This document shows, piece after piece, positions 57,918 through 64,000 of a stretch of DNA of 64,000 nt (position 1 is the stretch's first letter; each line of letters opens with the position of its first letter). Source of the stretch: an uncultured Actinomycetes bacterium (GTDB taxonomy: Bacteria; Actinomycetota; UBA4738; HRBIN12); assembly GCA_963704885.1 (NCBI GenBank), contig CAVPIB010000004.1:736001-800000 (forward strand), written 5' to 3'. Below the pieces are notes generated by a model. The model was not told where the DNA came from. It searched no databases and saw only the letters and a program-made list of their open reading frames with translations. The translations under genes were made by a program, and so were the position numbers.

Positions 57918-60767
57918 TCAGACGCTGAGCAGGTCAGGGTCGCCGCCGACCGCCTCGACCTGACCGTCGCCCTCAGAGGCCCTCAGCACCTGAGGGGCAG
58001 CCGAACCCCGTCGCGATTCCAGCTCGTGGTACACCTCGGTGGCGTAGTCCACGCACAGAACGACCAGGTCGCCGGGGCGCGAGCGGTTCAAGGCCATGCG
58101 CGCCGCCTCCATCTCGTCCAGGACGATCTCGGCGTTCCCGACTCGGGCCGTTCCCGTCTCCTGAGCCTCGCGCACGCCTTCCAGGATCAGCTCGGCGGTC
58201 TGCCCCGTCGGCCGCCCACGGCTCTTGCGGTCCTCCCGGATGATCAACTCATCGAAGTACTTAGCGGCGACCCGTCCGAGCTCGCGCATATCTTCGTCGC
58301 GCCTGTCACCCGCCGTGGCGACCACAGCGACCCGCAGGTTGGCGGTCCACGAGGCCTCTCCCGGCTGACCGCCCACCGGTGCGTCCGACGTCATCCGATC
58401 CACGAAGTCCCCCACCATCTCCAATCCAGCGGCGTTGTGGGCGTAGTCGATCAACACCTTGACCCCATCCAGGTCGAACAGGTTCAACCGACCGGGCGCC
58501 TGATAGACGGAGGTGGTGAACGACCGCAGACCTTGCCGGATGTCATGAAGGTGCGCACCGGCTGCATGCGCGGCCGCCGCTGCGGCCATGGCGTTCTGCA
58601 CCATCATCCGTGCCTTGCCCTCGAACGTGGCCGGCAGCGTGTGCACCCACGCGATCGGCATGGTGCGACGCCCCTCGCGTATCACCATCATCTCGCCGCG
58701 CGGGCCGTGCTCCAGCACGACCGCCTTGCGACCACGCCGGATCCAACGTTCGACCAGATCGTGCTTCTCCTTCATGGTGAACAGGATCACGTTCCCGCTG
58801 CAGTGGCGGCGCATCTCGAGCACCAGCGGGTCGTCCGCATTGAGCACCGCGTATCCGTTGCGTGGCACGGCTTCCACCACTACTTGCTTGACCGCAGCCA
58901 GCTGCTCCAGCGTGTCGATCTCCTTCAGACCCAGATGGTCGCCAGTCACGTTCAGGACCACGCCGACGTCGTTGCGTTCGTAACCCAGGCCCTCTCGGAG
59001 GATCCCACCGCGCGCGATCTCGAAGATGGCCATGTCCACGCGGGGGTTCTGCAACACCATGAGCGCCGACTTGGGACCCGATGCGTCGACGCGTTTGACC
59101 AGTCGCTCGTCGATGAAGATGCCGTCGGTCGAGGTGATGCCCACCTGGCGTCCCATCCCCCGGAAGATGTGGGAGATCATGCGCGTGGTGGTGGTCTTCC
59201 CGTTCGAGCCCGTCACCGCCACGATCGGGATCCGGGCCGGGGTGCCAGGCGGGAAGAGCAGATCTACCACGTGTTTCGCCACGTACTGCGGCTCGCCCTC
59301 GGTCGGATTCGTGTGCATGCGGAACCCCGGAGCCGCGTTCACCTCCACGATCGCGCCGCCGGTCTCGCGGACGGGATGTGCGATGTCTGGAGCCAGGAAG
59401 TCGATGCCGGCGACGTCGAGCCCCACCACCCCGGCCGCCTCCTCGGCGATCTCGATGTTGTCCTCGTGGGCGTCCCACGTCCTGTCGATCGAGATGCCTC
59501 CCGTGGACATGTTGCCTGTGGCAGCCAGCAGCACGCGCTCACCCTCGGGCGGCACGTCGTCCAGCCCGTAGCCCTGCTTCTTGACCAGCTCGATAGCCGC
59601 GTCATCGATCTTGATCCTGGTCAGGACCTTCTCGTGACCGAGGCCACGTCTGGGGTCTTGGTTGGTGAGCTCCACCAGCTCGCGGACGGATCGCTTGCCG
59701 TCGCCGATCACGTGCGCCGGGACGCGCTCCGCGATCGCCACAACCCGCCCCCCGATCACGAGGACCCGGTAGTCGTTGCCGGTCACGAAGCCCTCCACGA
59801 CCACCCGGCCGTTCCGCGATTCCTTCACCGCGCGTTTGAACCCGGTGCGGACGCCGCGTTCGGTTCGAAGTTCCAGACCCACCCCGCGCCCATGGTTGCC
59901 GTCGAGCGGCTTGGTGACCACGGGGAACCCGATCCGCTTGGCCGCGGCCACGGCATCGTCTTCGTTGCGTACGACCTCACTGCGCGGAACAGGCAGGCCC
60001 GCCGCGGCCAACAGCTGATTGGTCATCTTCTTGTCGCCCGCGATGTCCACCGCCAGCGCCGACGTGGCCGACGTCATGGTGGCGCGGATGCGTTGCTGAT
60101 ACTTCCCCTGGCCGAGCTGCACCAGAGATTGCTGGTTCAGCCGGATGAACGGGATGTCCCGGCTGGCCGCCTCGTCCAAGATCGCCTGCGTCGAAGGGCC
60201 GAACTGCCGCCTCTCGGCCAGGAGGATCAGGCGCTCGAGCTCCGGCGTGAACTCGAACCCCGGGGCTGGCTTGATCAGCTGGTTCACCAGGCGGACGGCC
60301 AGCTTGCCGGCCTCGACGCCCACCACTTCCTCGGCGTAGCCGTAGATCACGTTGTATCGACCGTGCGCGCCGGCGCTTCGGGTCTTGCCCCTTGAGATCT
60401 GGGCGCCGGACTCGCGTTGCAACTCGAGAGCCACGTGCTCGGCGACGTGTCCGAGCCAGGTACCGTCCTCCAACCGCTCGCGGAAGCCGCCTCGCTTGCC
60501 GAGCGAGCAGGAGTGTTCGCCGACGCCGGGTAGAAGCTCCAGGAGCCTGCCGTTGAAGCCGGGGATCGTGTTGGACGGCCACTCCTCGAGCGAGCCCAGA
60601 TCCACCAGCATCCGGATGCACGGCTCGTAGGACCAGTAGTTCGGACCTCGGAACACCTGCGCCTGCAAGATCTTCAGGTCGGGGCGGAGCCGGGCCTGCT
60701 TCTGGGAGGCGGGCTCGCGCTTCTCCCGCTGCCGGTCGGCGCGGGTCTTGGCCGCCCCCGCGGTCAC
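57918..60767 (-). CDS. cphA: cyanophycin synthetase CphA1
   Basis: RGPNYW, Cx19HxxEH N domain, GPST, KPLDGNHGRG ATP-grasp, EVNAAPGFRMH, GSNGKTTT and DYAHN. Confidence 0.96.
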   Translation of the reverse strand: MTAGAAKTRADRQREKREPASQKQARLRPDLKILQAQVFRGPNYWSYEPCIRMLVDLGSLEEWPSNTIPGFNGRLLELLPGVGEHSCSLGKRGGFRERLEDGTWLGHVAEHVALELQRESGAQISRGKTRSAGAHGRYNVIYGYAEEVVGVEAGKLAVRLVNQLIKPAPGFEFTPELERLILLAERRQFGPSTQAILDEAASRDIPFIRLNQQSLVQLGQGKYQQRIRATMTSATSALAVDIAGDKKMTNQLLAAAGLPVPRSEVVRNEDDAVAAAKRIGFPVVTKPLDGNHGRGVGLELRTERGVRTGFKRAVKESRNGRVVVEGFVTGNDYRVLVIGGRVVAIAERVPAHVIGDGKRSVRELVELTNQDPRRGLGHEKVLTRIKIDDAAIELVKKQGYGLDDVPPEGERVLLAATGNMSTGGISIDRTWDAHEDNIEIAEEAAGVVGLDVAGIDFLAPDIAHPVRETGGAIVEVNAAPGFRMHTNPTEGEPQYVAKHVVDLLFPPGTPARIPIVAVTGSNGKTTTTRMISHIFRGMGRQVGITSTDGIFIDERLVKRVDASGPKSALMVLQNPRVDMAIFEIARGGILREGLGYERNDVGVVLNVTGDHLGLKEIDTLEQLAAVKQVVVEAVPRNGYAVLNADDPLVLEMRRHCSGNVILFTMKEKHDLVERWIRRGRKAVVLEHGPRGEMMVIREGRRTMPIAWVHTLPATFEGKARMMVQNAMAAAAAAHAAGAHLHDIRQGLRSFTTSVYQAPGRLNLFDLDGVKVLIDYAHNAAGLEMVGDFVDRMTSDAPVGGQPGEASWTANLRVAVVATAGDRRDEDMRELGRVAAKYFDELIIREDRKSRGRPTGQTAELILEGVREAQETGTARVGNAEIVLDEMEAARMALNRSRPGDLVVLCVDYATEVYHELESRRGSAAPQVLRASEGDGQVEAVGGDPDLLSV

Positions 60768-61642
60768 TCCGAGGCCTCCCGCTCGGCTTCGAGCGCCCCC
60801 TCGCCGGCCATGAGCCGGCGCGACCGCAGATCGAACCAGTAGCCGGAAGGGAGCGTGTGCAAGACCGCGCCCGACACCATCAGCGGGCGGTACCCCTTGC
60901 CGCGGTACGAGTCGGTCTTCACGTGCGATCCATCCACGATCGTCACGGCTCCACGGCCGATCACCTGGATCGTCTGGTCGGAATGCACTATCGCGCAGGT
61001 GTCCTCGTCGAGCCCTACTCCCAGGAGGGACGGCGACCCCGCCACGATCGCGAGGAGCCGGCCGATCCGGCCTCGTTGCTCGAAGTGCTGATCGATCACC
61101 ACGCCGTGAAGGATCCCCAAGCCGGCGGAGAGCTGCGCCATCCGGTTCTTGGGGGTGGAACCGGTCCGGCCGAAGGCGACCATATGTGAGGCCATGGCAC
61201 TCGCGCCAGCCGACGTACCGGCCAGCACAGCACCACGGTCGTGGGCCAAGAAGAGGGCGTCTCCCAAGCGCGTCCCGGCCACCACCGAGGCCAGACGCGA
61301 CTGGTTGCCTCCGGTGAGGAACACGCCCGTGGCGGTCTGCACGGTCGCCACGAGCGCCGGATCGTCGGCCTCCTCGCGGTCATCGGGCCGAAGGCCCGTC
61401 ACCGTGCTGATCCCGAGCCCTCCGAAGAGCTCGCGGTAGAGATCGGTGGCGATGTCTCCCAGCGACGAGGCGGTGGAGATCACCACGACGTGCCCCTCGG
61501 GCCCGCCGGCGAACTTCGCGAACCGAGCCAGGATGGCCTTGTCGCGGAACTTGTCCTCGGCGCCCCCTATCACCATGACCGGACCGGCCGTGCCGAGGCC
61601 GGCCACGGACGATAGGGGACCCTTCTCCTTCGCGCGCGCCAC
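60764..61642 (-). CDS. cphB: cyanophycinase
   Basis: IGGAEDK, TGGNQ, GTSAGA, IDQHF and GLDEDT motifs. GTGA overlap with cphA. Confidence 0.95.
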   Translation of the reverse strand: MARAKEKGPLSSVAGLGTAGPVMVIGGAEDKFRDKAILARFAKFAGGPEGHVVVISTASSLGDIATDLYRELFGGLGISTVTGLRPDDREEADDPALVATVQTATGVFLTGGNQSRLASVVAGTRLGDALFLAHDRGAVLAGTSAGASAMASHMVAFGRTGSTPKNRMAQLSAGLGILHGVVIDQHFEQRGRIGRLLAIVAGSPSLLGVGLDEDTCAIVHSDQTIQVIGRGAVTIVDGSHVKTDSYRGKGYRPLMVSGAVLHTLPSGYWFDLRSRRLMAGEGALEAEREASE

Positions 61643-61748
61643 GTCGGTCAGTCTAACGGTGCACCCCCCGCTGGCCGGTTACATCGGGGCAGTCCCGCCC
61701 GTTCGTTGGGTAGGCTGAGCGATCGGCAACCAACGAAAGGAACAGCGC

Positions 61749-62258
61749 ATGCCTTCAGCGACGTTCGTAACCAACCAGGGTTCGTTCACAGTCACGCTGA
61801 TGCCCGAACACGCACCGGTCACGGTGTCCAACTTCGTGGCGCTTGCGACCGGCGCTCGCGAATGGACGGATCCCCGCAACCGCAAGAAGAGCTCCGAGCC
61901 GCTCTACTCGGGCACCATCTTCCACCGCGTGATCGACGGGTTCATGCTCCAGGGTGGCGACCCGGCTGGAACCGGGATGGGCGGCCCGGGCTACAAGTTC
62001 GACGACGAGTGCCCCGCGGACGGCCCGACCTTCAACCAGGTTGGACGCCTCGCCATGGCGAACTCCGGGCCCGGTACCAACGGCTCTCAGTTCTTCGTGA
62101 CTGTCGCCGAGACGCCATGGCTGAACGGCCGCCACACGATCTTCGGACAGGTGACCGATGGCTACGACGTCGTGGAGCGCATCGCGAAGGTTGCCAAGGG
62201 CCCCCAGGATCGCCCGGTGGACGACGTGGTGCTCGAGCGGGTCGAGATCGTGGAGTGA
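61749..62258 (+). CDS. cyclophilin-type peptidyl-prolyl isomerase
   Basis: FHRVIDGFMLQGGDP, AMANSGPGTNGSQFF and HTIFG motifs. Confidence 0.96.
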   Translation: MPSATFVTNQGSFTVTLMPEHAPVTVSNFVALATGAREWTDPRNRKKSSEPLYSGTIFHRVIDGFMLQGGDPAGTGMGGPGYKFDDECPADGPTFNQVGRLAMANSGPGTNGSQFFVTVAETPWLNGRHTIFGQVTDGYDVVERIAKVAKGPQDRPVDDVVLERVEIVE

Positions 62259-62259
62259 C

Positions 62260-62889
62260 GTGACCGCGATCCTCTGCTTCGGCGACTCCAACACCTGGGG
62301 CTACGCGGCCTCGACGCAGGATCGGCTGAGCCGATGGGAGCGGTGGCCCGGCGTATCGCAGCGGGAGCTGGGCGAGGACGTCCACGTGATCGAGGAGGGC
62401 CAGAACGGCCGGACCACCGTATTCGAGGTGGCATTCGAGCCCTACAGGAACGGCCTGGCGCACCTGCCTGTGTCGCTGCAGACCCACGCGCCGTTCGATG
62501 CGGTGGTGGTCTCGCTCGGCACGAACGACCTCTTCGTGCCGGGCGTGAACGCCTATCACGCGGCGCACGGGGCGATGAAGCTGGCCGAGGTTGCGCGTCT
62601 CAGCGGCGTAGGTCCCGCGGGCGCCGCACCCATGGTGCTCGTGGTGGTCCCTCCCCCGTTCGCTCCGCTCGGCGCCTGGGGAGGGGAATCGCCCGATGGC
62701 GAGCGGGAGTCGCAGCTGTTCGGCGAGGCCTTCCGCGTGATGGCCGACGACTACGGCGGGGTCCCGCTGCTCGACCTTCGCGACCATGTGATGTCGAGCG
62801 CCCTAGATGGGATCCACTTCGAAGCGGCGGACCACCATGTGATCGGCGTGGCGGTGGCCGGTCGCCTGCGCGAGCTACTGAACCTCTAG
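62260..62889 (+). CDS. SGNH/GDSL hydrolase (arylesterase-like)
   Basis: FGDSNTWG, GRTT, LGTND and DGIH motifs. Confidence 0.92.
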   Translation: MTAILCFGDSNTWGYAASTQDRLSRWERWPGVSQRELGEDVHVIEEGQNGRTTVFEVAFEPYRNGLAHLPVSLQTHAPFDAVVVSLGTNDLFVPGVNAYHAAHGAMKLAEVARLSGVGPAGAAPMVLVVVPPPFAPLGAWGGESPDGERESQLFGEAFRVMADDYGGVPLLDLRDHVMSSALDGIHFEAADHHVIGVAVAGRLRELLNL

Positions 62890-63011
62890 CGCTCCGGGAT
62901 CCGGTTCAACCGGTAGACGTGGTGGACCCGGGGCATCAGCGTCCACCAAGCGGGGTGGCGCCCCACATCTCGTTTGCCGCATACTCCCTACCTCTTCCGG
63001 AGGAGCGAGTC

Positions 63012-63998
63012 ATGTCCGAGCGACCTAACGTCCTGGTCACCCGCCCCATCATGGAGGGCCCGACCGAGGTGCTTCAGCAACGATGCGACGTCACGATCCA
63101 CCGCAACGAGTTCGGTATCCCGCGCGAGGAGCTGCTCGAGGTCGTTCGCGACCGCGACGCCATCATCACCATGCTCACCGAGCGCGTCGACGCCGAGCTG
63201 CTGGCTGCGGCCGGCCCACAGCTGAAGGTCGTGGCGAACCACGCCGTGGGGTTCGACAACATCGACGTGCCCGCATGCACAAAGGCCGGCGTCCTGGCCA
63301 CGAACACGCCCGACGTCCTCACCGAGACCACGGCCGACACCGCGTTCGCGCTACTGATGGCCGCGGCGCGGCGAGTCGGTGAGGGAGAACGCCTGCTGCG
63401 AGCGCGGAGGCCGTGGATCTGGGGACCGCTGATGATGCTCGGACAAGACGTCCACCACAAGACGATCGGGATCGTGGGGTTCGGACGGATCGGGCAGGCC
63501 GTCGCTCGGCGCGCGAAGGGCTTCGGCATGCGCGTTATCTACGCGGACGCCCTCCAGCTCCCGCCCGAGGTCGAGGCCGAGACCGGGGCGGAGCGGCGTG
63601 AGCTGGACGATCTTCTGGCCCAGGCCGACTTCGTCTCGATCCACACGAACCTCACGCCTGAGACGCGCCACCTCTTCGACGCGGCGGCGTTCGCGCGGAT
63701 GAAGCCGACCGCCGTCCTCGTGAACACCTCACGCGGCCCGGTGGTCGATGAGTCGGCGCTGGCCGACGCGCTCGCGTCCGGCGAGATCTTCGCCGCCGGG
63801 CTCGACGTCTTCGAACGCGAACCTCAGGTGGAGGAGCGCCTCCTGGAACTCGAGAACGTGGTGATGATCCCGCACCTGGGGAGCGCCACCGTCGACACCC
63901 GCGATGCGATGGGCATGCTGGCGGTCGAGAACGTGTTCGCCGCGCTCGACGGAGCGCGTCCACCGACGTTGTTGAACCCGGACGCGTTCGCGGGATGA
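63012..63998 (+). CDS. D-glycerate dehydrogenase/glyoxylate reductase (D-2-hydroxyacid dehydrogenase)
   Basis: AVGFDNID, GFGRIG, NTSRG, LDVFE and PHLGSA motifs. Confidence 0.93.
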   Translation: MSERPNVLVTRPIMEGPTEVLQQRCDVTIHRNEFGIPREELLEVVRDRDAIITMLTERVDAELLAAAGPQLKVVANHAVGFDNIDVPACTKAGVLATNTPDVLTETTADTAFALLMAAARRVGEGERLLRARRPWIWGPLMMLGQDVHHKTIGIVGFGRIGQAVARRAKGFGMRVIYADALQLPPEVEAETGAERRELDDLLAQADFVSIHTNLTPETRHLFDAAAFARMKPTAVLVNTSRGPVVDESALADALASGEIFAAGLDVFEREPQVEERLLELENVVMIPHLGSATVDTRDAMGMLAVENVFAALDGARPPTLLNPDAFAG

Positions 63999-64000
63999 CC

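Overview
High-GC chromosomal segment that looks actinobacterial (inferred from the Lsr2-like, PIG-L, F420-linked, 7Fe-ferredoxin and DUF4177 genes and from pervasive leaderless -10 boxes). It carries about 65 densely packed metabolic and housekeeping genes. I saw no rRNA, tRNA, CRISPR array, integrase or transposase. Recognisable modules: pgsA/epimerase/glpX; ECF sigma plus anti-sigma; nfeD-stomatin; an orphan pilT; a SufR-like regulator divergent from mrp; lgt; pepA; hutU/hutH/hutI; three c-di-GMP enzymes; cbs-DUF429-cystathionine lyase; a secreted LamG/FN3 protein with three near-identical 300-bp repeats; Fe-S/F420 redox genes; a GAF-4xPAS kinase; GABA/aminoaldehyde catabolism; otsA; and a cyanophycin locus. 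The most interesting item is the cyanophycin locus: cphB-cphA1 (intact Cx19HxxEH primer-generating site) followed by a DksA/TraR gene, facing a second CphA paralogue that keeps the N and Mur-ligase domains but lacks the whole ATP-grasp domain. Between them lie otsA and a scar made of an otsB remnant and a GH15 fragment. Other notable items are a Zn-ligand Lsr2-like protein with two AT-hooks and a symmetric divergent promoter in which each gene's start codon forms the other gene's -10 box. At least seven single-base frameshifts (six within 36.8-44.0 kb) look like sequencing or assembly errors. All product calls come from motif recognition by eye; no database searches were run.
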